IMG/VR virus record: IMGVR_UViG_3300034965_000044
Span: 1-63,503 of that record
DNA: 63,503 bases
Direction: 5' to 3' (one strand)
DNA from: a virus
Taxonomy: Duplodnaviria > Caudoviricetes
Shown here: one piece after another, positions 47,754-56,782 of the stretch
How the letters are laid out: each line of letters opens with the position of its first letter
Position numbering within the stretch: the stretch's first letter is position 1
Position numbers and translations under genes: made by a program
Notes under the pieces: generated by a model
Database searches by the model: none
What the model was told of the DNA's origin: nothing
Seen by the model: the letters and a program-made list of their open reading frames with translations, nothing else

Positions 47754-47893
47754 TCCTTACCGACTTCATTGTCCGGCATTGGGCCGACCTTGCCTTCATC
47801 GCCATGCCGTTTGCTCCTGGCTTTCGCAAGAGACAGGGCGGCGGCGCCTCCGGCTCGCCGATCGGCTTGCTGCTCACCCTAACCTATCCATAA
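47750..47893 (+). CDS. Small hypothetical protein
   Basis: ATGA coupling; ends GSPIGLLLTLTYP. Confidence 0.45.
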   Translation: MILTDFIVRHWADLAFIAMPFAPGFRKRQGGGASGSPIGLLLTLTYP

Positions 47894-47905
47894 GGAAATA
47901 CGCAG

Positions 47906-48718
47906 ATGGCCGATAATGTCGTTGTAACCGCCGGAGCGGGCACCACAGTTGCTGCTGACGAAGTTGTGGACGGCACCCTTGGCACGGTGAAGGTTCAATT
48001 CGTCAAGATCATGGACGGCACGCTCGACGGCACAACCAAGGCCGCCGTTGGCGCAACCGGCCTCGCCGTCAACATGCCCGGCGGCGCGGCGACACCGGCG
48101 AAGGCCGAAGACGTGGCCTATGCCGAGAGCGACACCGGTATTGCCAACATGTATGTGCGCCGAGCGGTGCCGGCCACCACTTCGGGATCGGATGGCGACT
48201 ATGAGATGGCGCAGGGCCACCAGGGCGCTGTCTGGACCATATCGCCTTTCGCCACAGTCTCAAACGACATCACGCGGCCGGCCGACACCACCGGCTACGC
48301 CATCAATGACAATTTGTCGGATTCGACCACTTCGCCGACATCGGGTGGCTTTACGCTGACCGGCGTGGTGCGTAAATCCGGCGGCTCCGGCATTATCACC
48401 GATATGCTGATAATGTCATCCAATCCGAGCGGTGGCTTGCAGGGCGAAATTTGGCTGTTCGATTCAGCCGTGACCAATATCAACGACAATGCGGCCTTCG
48501 CCATCTCTGACGCCGAAATAAAGACTGTGGTCGCAAAAATCCCCTTTGTCACATCGGCCGATGTGAACAATTCTATTGCGCATGTGCAGAATTTGAACAT
48601 TGGCTTCACCACAGTCGGCAGCGCCAATTTGCGCTATCTCGTTAAGGTGAAAGCCGCCTACACCCCTATCGCATCGGAAGTCATTACGGTTCGCGCTAAG
48701 GTTATGGGAGTTGACTAA
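47906..48718 (+). CDS. Tail/virion beta-rich protein
   Basis: MADNV..TAG.G...A.D; ITRPADTTGYA.ND. Confidence 0.7.
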   Translation: MADNVVVTAGAGTTVAADEVVDGTLGTVKVQFVKIMDGTLDGTTKAAVGATGLAVNMPGGAATPAKAEDVAYAESDTGIANMYVRRAVPATTSGSDGDYEMAQGHQGAVWTISPFATVSNDITRPADTTGYAINDNLSDSTTSPTSGGFTLTGVVRKSGGSGIITDMLIMSSNPSGGLQGEIWLFDSAVTNINDNAAFAISDAEIKTVVAKIPFVTSADVNNSIAHVQNLNIGFTTVGSANLRYLVKVKAAYTPIASEVITVRAKVMGVD

Positions 48719-49479
48719 TGAGGGCTCCATTAAGATTGGCAACGGCTTCTCCAAAGCCTAAATCAATAGTCTTCAACGGAATTAATGGATATATAAATTT
48801 ACCTATTGTAACAAGCGGCGGAAGTACAACAATTTTCACATATTCTATTTGGTTTAAATCTCTTATTGTAATTACAGATTCACTGCAAATGCTACAAGTT
48901 ATAAACGCTCCAACGAATACTCAGTTTTTGTTCCTTGAAACCACTCTCGCTGGTGACAGATTCGGTGTTGGGCAGGATTTTGGAACTGTGGATTGGCAAG
49001 AATTCGTCAGTCCATTGACACCTGATGTATTAAAGGATGTATGGGAACATTGGGTTGTTCAATTCGACAGCACTCAGGGTGTAGCAGATAACAGAATGAA
49101 GTTCTATCGCAATGGGGTTTTCCTTGCGGATACTGATGCGACCTCACTTGCTCCAGGACCAAGTGAAGCACACATTTTGTTCCAAAATGGATTTTCACAT
49201 CAAATAGGCGGATATACTGACACTGGATACTATGGTAAATATAAGGCCGCCTTTATTGAAGTCCTAGATGGTGTATCCGCTGACGCAAATTCATTTGGAT
49301 TCACATCTGGCGGTGTGTGGATTAGAAAGCCATACACCGGATCTTATGGGAAATACGGATTCAGATTGGACGGGACGCGCGGCTTCTCCGATGCGTCAGG
49401 AAATGGCCAGAACTTCACTGGCGTCAACATGAGTGAGAGCGACCTGGATAGCTCTGATCTCCCGCCATATGTGTCGTAG
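48718..49479 (+). CDS. LamG/concanavalin-like receptor-binding domain protein
   Basis: FTYSIWFK, WEHWVVQFDSTQ...RMKFYRNG, YG.YGF.L, D.SGNG.NFT; visibly AT-rich. Confidence 0.75.
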   Translation: MRAPLRLATASPKPKSIVFNGINGYINLPIVTSGGSTTIFTYSIWFKSLIVITDSLQMLQVINAPTNTQFLFLETTLAGDRFGVGQDFGTVDWQEFVSPLTPDVLKDVWEHWVVQFDSTQGVADNRMKFYRNGVFLADTDATSLAPGPSEAHILFQNGFSHQIGGYTDTGYYGKYKAAFIEVLDGVSADANSFGFTSGGVWIRKPYTGSYGKYGFRLDGTRGFSDASGNGQNFTGVNMSESDLDSSDLPPYVS

Positions 49480-49545
49480 GGGGCACAGCCCGCCTGTCTT
49501 GGCGGTGCTATCTTGACCGTCAGCCAAAACAATCAGGGGAACCAA

Positions 49546-50718
49546 ATGGCCATCATCGGCAAGGCCGCGCCGCGCTCCGAGGGGATCATCGAGCGCGTGG
49601 CGGAAGTTGTCGGCTGCGAGCCGGCCGTCATCGACGCAATCATCCAGGTCGAGACCAATGCTGACGCCTTCGATCCATCGAGGCGGCTGGTCATCCGGCC
49701 GGAATTTCACAAGGTGGCGACCTGCCCCTATCTGGACCCGGACCAGAAGAAGAAGGCCGCCAGCCTCTCGACTCCCAAGCTCGCTTCATACGAGCTGAAC
49801 CCCGTCCATGCCGGCAGCGTGGCGTGGCAATGGGTCGATAAGATGGCAGCCGAATTCGGCGAGGAAGCAGCCTTTTGGGTTACCTCTTTCGGGTCGCCCC
49901 AGATTATGGGCTTCAATTTCCAGCTCTGCAAATATGAGAGCCCGTCAGCCATGGTGCGCGCCTTCGCCGACAGCGAGGACGAACAGCTCCTGGCCATGGG
50001 CCGCTTCATTGTGGCAACCGGCTTGAAAGAGGCGTGCCGGATGCGCAAGTGGAAGGTGCTGGCGCGCGGCTACAACGGCGCCAACTACGCCGTGAACGCC
50101 TACGACACCAAGCTGGCCTTCGCTTATGAGCACTCCTCGCGCGGCAAGCAGGACGCGATCTTCCACTACCCGGATGATGATGTGCTGGAGTTCGGCGACA
50201 AGGGCCAGGAGGTGAAGGATCTGCAAAACCGCCTCTGCACGCTTGGCTTCCACCTCGATGCAGACGGCGACTTCGGCGTCGAGACGCGGGACGCTGTACG
50301 CGCGCTGCAATTCCGCCTGGGGTTGCCGGTCGATGGCAAGGTCGGGCCGGACACGCGCAAGCTGATGGCGTCCGCGCCGACCAAGGAGCCCAACGCCAAG
50401 CCAGTCGTCGCCATCGTCAAGGACTCAGGCATCGTGCAGTCCGGCATCGGCACTGCCGCGCTCGGTAGTGTTTCGGCGGCAGTCGCGGTCGCCAATGCGG
50501 TGGTGACGCCGGTGGCGCAGGCGCCGCTGCCGCTGCCGGGCCTCTCGGACGTGGACGCCCTGGTGAAGTCCTCCGAGAGCGGCGTCAGCGTCATGTCGAA
50601 GATCCTCGCCATCGGCGTCGATAAGCTGCTCATCGCCCTTGCCATCGGCGCCATGCTGTTTGGCGGCATCACCATCTACCGGCGCATCCAGGCGCAACGG
50701 CTGAGGAAGATCGGATAA
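49546..50718 (+). CDS. Endolysin: N-acetylmuramidase (DUF3380-like) + peptidoglycan-binding domain + C-terminal hydrophobic segments
   Basis: AIIQVET, SFG.PQIMGFN, W..LARGYNG..Y..N.YD.KL; LQ.RL..LG...DGDFG..T..AV..LQ...GL.VDG.VGP.T. Confidence 0.9.
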   Translation: MAIIGKAAPRSEGIIERVAEVVGCEPAVIDAIIQVETNADAFDPSRRLVIRPEFHKVATCPYLDPDQKKKAASLSTPKLASYELNPVHAGSVAWQWVDKMAAEFGEEAAFWVTSFGSPQIMGFNFQLCKYESPSAMVRAFADSEDEQLLAMGRFIVATGLKEACRMRKWKVLARGYNGANYAVNAYDTKLAFAYEHSSRGKQDAIFHYPDDDVLEFGDKGQEVKDLQNRLCTLGFHLDADGDFGVETRDAVRALQFRLGLPVDGKVGPDTRKLMASAPTKEPNAKPVVAIVKDSGIVQSGIGTAALGSVSAAVAVANAVVTPVAQAPLPLPGLSDVDALVKSSESGVSVMSKILAIGVDKLLIALAIGAMLFGGITIYRRIQAQRLRKIG

Positions 50719-51092
50719 TGGGCATCATCACTTCGATCCTCGGCTTTCTGCTGGCCAACCCCATGGTGATCCTGGGGTTTCTTGGCGTTTTCGTCTTCAG
50801 CTCGATCGGCTCAGACATCAAGGGCTGGTATCGCGAGCGCCAAGTCATCAAGCCCTGGATCGCCGCGGTCAAGGAGCGGGACGCTGCCTCCTCGGTCAAA
50901 GAAGCCATCGCCATTCAAGCCATCGAATCACGGGAAAGTTCACTCCATGAAATCTCAGATCTCAGGACGCAGCTCGAAGCCGCGGAGCTGGAGCGCAAAG
51001 CCAAAAATACTACTGAGTGCCCTTGGACTGATGATGATATCCGGGTGCTCAACTCTGGGCGTGGAAGGAAAAAAAGCCCCCCCAGCAATTAG
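50718..51092 (+). CDS. i-spanin (Rz-like)
   Basis: N-terminal TM, coiled coil, Cys near the C-terminus; follows the endolysin. Confidence 0.7.
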   Translation: MGIITSILGFLLANPMVILGFLGVFVFSSIGSDIKGWYRERQVIKPWIAAVKERDAASSVKEAIAIQAIESRESSLHEISDLRTQLEAAELERKAKNTTECPWTDDDIRVLNSGRGRKKSPPSN

Positions 51093-51348
51093 CTTTGCCG
51101 ACTATTGCCCGCCGCCGCAGACCTTCGCCGATCCGCGCACTTTCCGCACTGTGACGAAGGTGAAAAAGGGCGAGACCGCCTTTCAGACGGTCAAGCGCTT
51201 CAGGCTGGCCGAAGCCAAGAAGAACGCCGCGGCCCAGCGGCTATACAACGGCATGAGGTCGTGCCGGTCCAAGCGGGTTGAGATGGAGGATGTGACCGAG
51301 ATCGAGGGCGGCGTCACCTCAGACATCCTGGCCGGTGGCCTGCAATAA
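50947..51348 (+). CDS. o-spanin lipoprotein (Rz1-like, overlapping)
   Basis: Lipobox ILLSALGLMMISGC in an overlapping frame; CPPP. Confidence 0.7.
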   Translation: MKSQISGRSSKPRSWSAKPKILLSALGLMMISGCSTLGVEGKKAPPAISFADYCPPPQTFADPRTFRTVTKVKKGETAFQTVKRFRLAEAKKNAAAQRLYNGMRSCRSKRVEMEDVTEIEGGVTSDILAGGLQ

Positions 51349-51537
51349 TTGCTTCAGCTCCGCGTTCTCAGCGCGGAGCCTTGCAACTTCCTCAACCAGA
51401 TCCTCCCTGATAGCCTTCTGATCCTTCCGCCACTGACGCATATAAGCCTTGTGGCATCCGAGGCACCAGCGCTGACCGGGCTTTCTCGGTTCCTTGTCAC
51501 AATTGCAACACAATGTTCCGTGTGGAACGTCCGTCAT
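51319..51537 (-). CDS. Small zinc-finger/coiled-coil protein
   Basis: CCNC...WCLGCHKAYMRQWR. Confidence 0.65.
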   Translation of the reverse strand: MTDVPHGTLCCNCDKEPRKPGQRWCLGCHKAYMRQWRKDQKAIREDLVEEVARLRAENAELKQLLQATGQDV

Positions 51538-51719
51538 TCAGTCGGACTCCTCCCCACATTCGCCCGTGCCAGCACCTCCCGAGCCTCCAGGATCTGCACC
51601 CGCAGGAGCAGATCTCTGGTTCTGTAGCCCTGTATGATGAGAATTGCGCACATCACCATACAGCAAATCGCAAGGGCAAAAATCGCCCAATCATTCTGCC
51701 TATCGGACTCCGTGGACAC
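51534..51719 (-). CDS. Small membrane protein
   Basis: One TM segment; ATGA coupling. Confidence 0.5.
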   Translation of the reverse strand: MSTESDRQNDWAIFALAICCMVMCAILIIQGYRTRDLLLRVQILEAREVLARANVGRSPTE

Positions 51720-52578
51720 CCTGATACTCCCGGTAGTAGATGTTGGCCAATGACTGGTGCCGGGTCATGCCGCGCTTCATGGCCTCGGTTGAGGCATCGG
51801 CCACCATCAGGTTGTTCTGGAGGCCGCGCAACACCTGACGCAGCCGGTCGGCCGTCACTGCGCCCTTGAATTCGGGCTCGAACAGCATGGTCTCTACCGC
51901 CTGGATGTGCATTTCCCGGATCGGGGCAATGCCGTTGCCGACCAGAACTTTCATGATCTTCTCCAGATCACGGGCCGAGCGCCGCTCCATCAGATTGCGC
52001 ATGGTGGTGATAGCGAGCACAGTGTCCGGCGCCACCTGAACGCTCGGATAGAGCGGAATGTGGAAGCCGATCTGCTTCGACATGGCACGCAGCTCGGTTG
52101 CCCAAGGATGATCGGCCTTCAGAGCCGCCTTGAAGCGCTGGAAGGGCGAAACGCCAATCCGGTGGGTGTTGCGCTCCAGGAAGGCTGCCGCGGCTGCTAC
52201 GGCATCCTCAAGGCTCTCATGCAGGTCGCAGGGCAGGGTGATGATGTCATTGCGCGTGGCGGCACCGATCAGCGTGTGCTGGCCGTCATAGGCCACCTCC
52301 TGGCCGTAGCGCTCATCCCGGTAGATCGCTGGCGGAATAAAGGACGGCCAGTGCCATTCCCGCACCATGTCATGGATCAGCGTCTTGCCGCGGTTGGAGA
52401 TGGTGCGCTGGAAATCGGGGTCGATGCCGATCTCACTCGGATTGCGCAGCACCCTGACTGGCGGCTTGCCGATAGCGTCATACTGCTTTGGCGGATCGGC
52501 CAGCGGCTGGATCATGGTGATCTTGCCCGACTCGCGGACGCCGAACTCGCCCTTAACAACTTTCAATTCACTCTTCAT
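51700..52578 (-). CDS. ParB/Srx-like N-terminal domain protein
   Basis: IDPDFQR...YDGQHTL.GA...AAAAF...N. Confidence 0.75.
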   Translation of the reverse strand: MKSELKVVKGEFGVRESGKITMIQPLADPPKQYDAIGKPPVRVLRNPSEIGIDPDFQRTISNRGKTLIHDMVREWHWPSFIPPAIYRDERYGQEVAYDGQHTLIGAATRNDIITLPCDLHESLEDAVAAAAAFLERNTHRIGVSPFQRFKAALKADHPWATELRAMSKQIGFHIPLYPSVQVAPDTVLAITTMRNLMERRSARDLEKIMKVLVGNGIAPIREMHIQAVETMLFEPEFKGAVTADRLRQVLRGLQNNLMVADASTEAMKRGMTRHQSLANIYYREYQGVHGVR

Positions 52579-52744
52579 TTCTCTCTCCCTTGATGCTCGC
52601 AATAAATCTCTTCAGTTCTTCCGAATAACGCTCCAGCTTTATAAGGTGCTCATTCGGATCAAAATCCTCATTGGCAAGTGCTTTATCGAAGAACTGGATG
52701 ATCTCTTCGATTTTGTCGGTTAACTTCTCTACCATTTCTTCCAT
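52568..52744 (-). CDS. Small acidic helical protein
   Basis: MEEMVEKLTDKIEEII...; coupled on both sides. Confidence 0.5.
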   Translation of the reverse strand: MEEMVEKLTDKIEEIIQFFDKALANEDFDPNEHLIKLERYSEELKRFIASIKGERNEE

Positions 52745-53145
52745 TATCGTTCCTCAACAGTCCCATCCATACGCCGCTTCCACCTGGAATTGCGGCTTCC
52801 AGGCATGGGGTTTTTCGATTTCTTCTTTATTCCTAGATGCTTGTGCCTAACATTGCGGTTCTTGACGATGATTTTCATATCGTCGGCCGTTTTCACATCG
52901 TGGCACTTGATGTGCGCTGGCTTATATTCTTCGAGGAAATCCTTGCCGGATTTGCCTGTCAGCTCATAGGCGATCAGATGATCTGCCTCCCACTCCTCCC
53001 TGACTGTATCGATTAAAAATCCGCATATATGGCAGATGCCATGCTCCCGAAGGAATATCGTCTCGCGCTGCTTAGGCGTGAGACTCTTGCGCTCTGCGGG
53101 TAGGAGCCACTTGTAGGCTTCCGTTTTTACTTTGCCATTCGGCAT
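52744..53145 (-). CDS. HNH endonuclease
   Basis: CHICG...WEADH...H.KCH..KT..D. Confidence 0.85.
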   Translation of the reverse strand: MPNGKVKTEAYKWLLPAERKSLTPKQRETIFLREHGICHICGFLIDTVREEWEADHLIAYELTGKSGKDFLEEYKPAHIKCHDVKTADDMKIIVKNRNVRHKHLGIKKKSKNPMPGSRNSRWKRRMDGTVEER

Positions 53146-53653
53146 AGTGTTCCTCTACGTCCAGACCTGTCTCGGCATAGACTACCGCAAAAACCAGACT
53201 GCTGACGCGTTGAAACTCGGTTTCGTCCATTTTGTCAAAGGCGATCGACTGCGGCCATGCGGCGATAATATGGGTTCCTGATATCTTCACCCAGAATGGT
53301 TTCCCGCCACTGAACTTCTCAACTGCAATTTTCAATAATCCGGCCGCCTGTCTGCGTCCATCATAGCTTTCAACAATCCAGTCATATTCAAGCGTCTCAG
53401 CAAACCCAGCCTTCACCAGTAGCCAGCCGCGCATGTAGTCCGCATCGCGGGGCTGAAACACATGCATTTCGGGCCAATTGGCGAACACCTCATTCAGGAA
53501 GGCGAAGAAGAAGCGGTGATGCGGCGTCGATCGCGGCTGCACCACCTTCACCCGCAAGATCACATTGAGCGGATAGGCAGCCAGCGCCTCTTCACCGGAG
53601 GCGTCGGCCGGGATGAGCGCCTTCCCCGCATTCCTGAAGAACAGCTCTTTCAT
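53072..53653 (-). CDS. DUF1367/NinB-like recombination-associated protein
   Basis: PRS..HHRFFFA; PQSIAFDKMDETEF. Confidence 0.7.
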   Translation of the reverse strand: MKELFFRNAGKALIPADASGEEALAAYPLNVILRVKVVQPRSTPHHRFFFAFLNEVFANWPEMHVFQPRDADYMRGWLLVKAGFAETLEYDWIVESYDGRRQAAGLLKIAVEKFSGGKPFWVKISGTHIIAAWPQSIAFDKMDETEFQRVSSLVFAVVYAETGLDVEEHYAEWQSKNGSLQVAPTRRAQESHA

Positions 53654-54039
53654 TGACCGAATGCCGGAAGGCGCCCCTGGACCTGCTTCAGAATGGCATC
53701 GGTATCGAGTTGGCTGCCCATATCCGAACGCGGCGCCGCAATGGCGCCCTTGACATCACGCGGCGACAGCATCCCAAGTTGAACAGCTCGCATCACAGCG
53801 ATAACCTTAACAATATTCCGTCCACAAATATCCTTGTATAGCACCCAGATGTCGGGTCCATAGATCTCTTCATTATCCAGTCCGAATACGGTGCTCATTT
53901 CAGCAAACATAGAATCTGGATCTACTTTCGCATTATCCTTCATCAACATTCCAAGCACAGAGGCAGCCCCTGGATTTCCCTTGGCAATCTTTAAAACCAG
54001 CTCCATAACTGGCATATCCAGTGATGTATACATTGGCAT
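53650..54039 (-). CDS. Phage hypothetical protein
   Basis: GNPGA..VL...LD..IYG.DIWVLYKD.C. Confidence 0.7.
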   Translation of the reverse strand: MPMYTSLDMPVMELVLKIAKGNPGAASVLGMLMKDNAKVDPDSMFAEMSTVFGLDNEEIYGPDIWVLYKDICGRNIVKVIAVMRAVQLGMLSPRDVKGAIAAPRSDMGSQLDTDAILKQVQGRLPAFGQ

Positions 54040-54296
54040 TAAGCTCTCCTTTTCAGCTTAAACCGCTCGCCATAATGGGCATCCAGGCAGATCGCCTTGA
54101 TCGAGGGCGGCGGTGACGGCAGCTCCACCATCTCCTGATCGACATGGATCACTTCAAGCGGCTGCGGGTGCCGGTAGACCCCATTGACCAGCGTTTCCGC
54201 CCGCCGGGTGATGTCGCGTCTCCAGCAGAACCGATGCCACGTTCCAGAGGCGTGCCAGCCCAGGGCGAAGAACAGAACGGCGATTCCGATGCTCAT
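54039..54296 (-). CDS. Hypothetical protein
   Basis: Hydrophobic N-terminus; coupled. Confidence 0.5.
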   Translation of the reverse strand: MSIGIAVLFFALGWHASGTWHRFCWRRDITRRAETLVNGVYRHPQPLEVIHVDQEMVELPSPPPSIKAICLDAHYGERFKLKRRA

Positions 54297-54455
54297 TTCT
54301 TCTCCCCCAGAATATTCATAGCGTCATAAATCCGCTCAAGCAGTTCCTCGATAGCATCGGCGGCCATCAATCGCTCTTCTAAAACAGTAGAAAATTTTCG
54401 GTGAAGGGTTTCTTCGCGAAGGTTTTTGATCAACTCTGCGTAATGCTCTCTCATT

Positions 54456-54692
54456 TCATTCAATCCATTGAACGCAGTCATCTTTTGAACAGTGCATGTG
54501 GATGTGATCGTTGGGCATGACCATCCAGGTGAAATGCCCAAGCTGACAGATCGGGCAGATGGCCGTGCTCATCCGCACATCGAGGCCGTAGCGCTCTTTC
54601 AGCGCCGCCCGCTCCTCGACCACCCACTCACGCGCCTTCACTCCGATCTCGAAGGCGTGCTTTATGGCATCGGACGGTTTATTGATTGTCAT
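54456..54692 (-). CDS. Small zinc-binding protein
   Basis: CPIC...NDHIHMHCSKDDC. Confidence 0.65.
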   Translation of the reverse strand: MTINKPSDAIKHAFEIGVKAREWVVEERAALKERYGLDVRMSTAICPICQLGHFTWMVMPNDHIHMHCSKDDCVQWIE

Positions 54693-55102
54693 TTATGGTG
54701 TTCCCGTTGATGATGTAGAGCACATAACCATATGACTTCAAATGGCTTAGCATAATCGTTATGATGGGCATGAGATTTCATATCACCACATACCTCACAT
54801 GGTTGTTTAATTAGTCTTCCATCTCTAACGGCGTTATTCACAGCAGTATGAGCCTTGTATTTTTCAGGATTGTCTTTACGGAATTTTAAAGCAGCAGCCC
54901 TGATATGAGCCTTCCTTTTAGGCGTTTTGGCCCGCTCCCGATCATAGGCGCGAACGCTATCGTTTCCGCGCCTATGTTTTCTGACCCTAGACTTAACGCA
55001 GTCTATGCATTTGTTCAGATATCCATCGGCCATCTGAGCATGTTTGTAAAATTGCTCAATCGGCTTTAGTAATTTGCATTCTCGACAGTGCTTCTGTTGC
55101 AT
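54689..55102 (-). CDS. HNH-like zinc-finger protein
   Basis: CREC...FYK...DG..NKCIDC...PCEVCG...HH.DY.KP.EV.WLC..HH. Confidence 0.7.
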   Translation of the reverse strand: MQQKHCRECKLLKPIEQFYKHAQMADGYLNKCIDCVKSRVRKHRRGNDSVRAYDRERAKTPKRKAHIRAAALKFRKDNPEKYKAHTAVNNAVRDGRLIKQPCEVCGDMKSHAHHNDYAKPFEVIWLCALHHQREHHK

Positions 55103-55124
55103 GCCGCCTGACTAGCACAATTTG

Positions 55125-55733
55125 TCAAGCGGCACAATCAAAAGGGATTTCATCGTTCAGATCATCGCTGACCGCCACATCCTGTACCGGCTTGCCGGCC
55201 TTGATCGCTTTGTATTCCGGCGATCCGGCAATGGTCTCTTTCAGCTTGTCGTGCAGCTTGTCATAAACCGCCTGCTTGAAGCCGACATTGCTCAGCTCCA
55301 GCACCAGCGGCTCATTCGTCACCGTCCTGATTGGCGTGCCCTTAGGCAGCTTGGAGATGCCGGTGATGTTGACATAATCGCCGGCCTCGGTCAGCGTCAG
55401 CATGGCCGGCACCCCAATCAGCTTGGTGATGTCGAAGGCGGCGAACTCGTCATCGGTGTAGGCTTTCGCCCGCCAGCTCTCCAGGTGCTTGCGCAGCAAG
55501 GCGTTCTGGAAGCCCGACAGGGTGTAGCGGCTCGACACCGAGAATGGCCGCCCGTCTTCCATCAGCTCGTTGATCAGCTCGAAGGACAGCATCACCTTGC
55601 GCTGCTTCTTCTCACCATACTTCCCCGTCGTTGTCTGCGTCCCCAGATCGATAATCCGGTAGCAGATTCCGATGTGGGTGCCGGGCGGGGCTTTCTGAAA
55701 ATCGCCTTCCGATTTGGGGGCAAAGAGACCCAT
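55125..55733 (-). CDS. Single-stranded DNA-binding protein (phage type)
   Basis: GTHIGICYRIIDLGTQ; acidic tail DDLNDEIPF. Confidence 0.7.
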   Translation of the reverse strand: MGLFAPKSEGDFQKAPPGTHIGICYRIIDLGTQTTTGKYGEKKQRKVMLSFELINELMEDGRPFSVSSRYTLSGFQNALLRKHLESWRAKAYTDDEFAAFDITKLIGVPAMLTLTEAGDYVNITGISKLPKGTPIRTVTNEPLVLELSNVGFKQAVYDKLHDKLKETIAGSPEYKAIKAGKPVQDVAVSDDLNDEIPFDCAA

Positions 55734-56511
55734 CGAGTAGCTTCTCCTTATGGTTGCGTAATATAGTTCTACAATCGCTCAGTAGTTGTGGTTTCCACTG
55801 ATAGAACTCTGGATTGAGCGGGCACATGGCGAGAGCCTGCTCAGGGCTGTCAGCAGCCCCCAGGAAGGCGGTGAGCGCCGAGGCGTCCTCTACAAGCTGC
55901 TGAGCCGCTTCAGTCAGCTCACGTTGGCTGGGGATTAGCCATGCATGCTTCTTCATCGTCACATAGAGGATGCCCGGCTGCACGTCACGCGCTTCCCCAT
56001 CGATCGCCAGCGCCATCATGTCCTTCGGCTGGATCTTCGATGGCAATCTGTGCGTGTATTTGATGTGCAGTTGCACTTGTTCAAAGACGAAGGTCGGCAC
56101 CGACAAAAATGGGGTGCTGAAGTCGCCGATGAACGTGTGGGTTGCAAGTCCGGACGAAATTGGTCTTTCCAGACCCCCTAAATTCTCTTGTAGGGCCTTG
56201 ACTGCCATGTTGAACATGGGTAATATGGCATCCTGTTCGGAACGTGCGCTCGGGTCAGATGGCTTAATCCCGGCGCCTTCGAGACGCCGCTCATAGCTCC
56301 AGAGCGCCGCATCCTCACCTCTCCCGACATCGCCATAATGCAAAGCGGCCTTCATGCCGTCATTCAGCGCGAGCGATCGGGCGAAGGCGGCGCTCCTGAA
56401 ATCGGAGCGGCCGAACAGGTAGCGCATCACCCATAGCGCCGAGTTGTCCCGGAACGCCTGGATGGATGCGGCGGTCAGATAGCGGATGCCTGCTTCTTCG
56501 AATGTGGCCAT
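55612..56511 (-). CDS. PD-(D/E)XK exonuclease-like protein, apparently degenerate active site
   Basis: L.A.SI..F......W...YL.G N-terminus; PFLSVPTF...LHIKYT.RLPS where D...D-x-K is expected; LYVT.KK; P.FY.W. Confidence 0.55.
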   Translation of the reverse strand: MATFEEAGIRYLTAASIQAFRDNSALWVMRYLFGRSDFRSAAFARSLALNDGMKAALHYGDVGRGEDAALWSYERRLEGAGIKPSDPSARSEQDAILPMFNMAVKALQENLGGLERPISSGLATHTFIGDFSTPFLSVPTFVFEQVQLHIKYTHRLPSKIQPKDMMALAIDGEARDVQPGILYVTMKKHAWLIPSQRELTEAAQQLVEDASALTAFLGAADSPEQALAMCPLNPEFYQWKPQLLSDCRTILRNHKEKLLDGSLCPQIGRRFSESPARHPHRNLLPDYRSGDADNDGEVW

Positions 56512-56514
56512 GGT

Positions 56515-56763
56515 CTAACTATAAGCTACACTGGAGTCGGTGTCAACCCCATTGCGCCGCCCCGATAAGACGAACACCAGATCGAAGCCGAGCTTGCTCA
56601 GGCGCTCCAGGGAGGCCGCTGGCGGCTGGTAGCGCCCCACCTCCCAGTTGGAGACGTTCTGCGGGCTTTTGCCGATCGAGGCGGCCAGGACGGCCTGTGT
56701 GAAGCCCAGCCGTTTTCGCTCGATCGCCAGCCGTTCGCCGATTTTTGATTCCATGGGCTCCAT
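56515..56763 (-). CDS. XRE-family HTH transcriptional regulator
   Basis: IGERL..ERKRLGFTQ..LA..IG.S...VSNWE.GR..P. Confidence 0.9.
   Translation of the reverse strand: MEPMESKIGERLAIERKRLGFTQAVLAASIGKSPQNVSNWEVGRYQPPAASLERLSKLGFDLVFVLSGRRNGVDTDSSVAYS
56518..56546 (-). promoter_or_regulatory. sigma70 promoter for the recombination operon
   Basis: TTGACA-17 nt-TATAGT, ending just upstream of the ATG at 56511. Confidence 0.7.
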
Positions 56764-56782
56764 CTTAGCTTATAGTGAACCC

